Source: a virus
Lineage: Duplodnaviria > Caudoviricetes
IMG/VR virus record: IMGVR_UViG_3300021399_000131
Location: 26,387-90,386 of that record
Reading direction: 5' to 3' (one strand)
Length of the DNA stretch: 64,000 bases
Below the pieces are notes generated by a model, which was not told where the DNA came from, searched no databases, and was given only the letters and a program-made list of their open reading frames with translations. Within the stretch, counting starts at the first letter, position 1. Each line of letters begins with the position of its first letter. A program made the translations under genes and the position numbers. This document shows positions 64,000 through 64,000 of the stretch, piece by piece.

Positions 64000-64000
64000 A

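Noticed and set aside
13917-64000. Genome-wide stop-codon reassignment (TAG=Gln or TGA=Trp) as in some Crassvirales
   Set aside because: The 4951-, 2679- and 1677-aa genes are fully open in the standard code, TGA ends many genes with ATGA coupling, and coding density is already high.
1-64000. CRISPR array, tRNA or rRNA genes
   Set aside because: No regularly spaced repeat-spacer units and no cloverleaf with T-loop/D-loop consensus were seen; the CCCCTRTAG motif is dispersed, not arrayed.

Overview
AT-rich segment of a crAss-like phage (Crassvirales) genome, almost certainly infecting a Bacteroidota host: it has TAnnTTTG/TTTG-type promoters and AT-rich, Shine-Dalgarno-less translation starts. 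Two transcription blocks converge at about 13.6-13.9 kb. The + strand block (1-13610) holds replication, recombination and nucleotide-metabolism genes (SSB, primase, ATP-dependent ligase, Gp157-like, DUF932-like, DUF3310-like, dUTPase, thioredoxin). It also has an accessory stretch with a GH16 glycoside hydrolase and two decaying genes. The - strand block (13917-64000) is the virion module. In transcription order it runs: C-terminus of the major capsid protein, head/tail/ring proteins, tail fibre, holin-like gene, muzzle/tail-stabilisation protein and ejection (cargo) proteins. The cargo set includes a 2679-aa zincin-containing protein, a 4951-aa virion RNA polymerase (DFDID) and a LysM protein. 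Main unexplained features: (i) a self-contained six-gene cassette (52600-55603) with its own host-type promoter, palindromic operator and adjacent HTH plus membrane gene, inserted among the tail genes; (ii) a strongly over-represented GC-rich motif, CCCCTRTAG (extended TAGCACCCCTRTAGARG), on both strands, inside genes and in intergenic hairpins; (iii) a dispersed ~73-bp intergenic element; (iv) shared basic/GG peptide motifs among cargo proteins and an unannotated 39-aa basic peptide. All assignments come from reading motifs by eye and recalling families; no searches were run.
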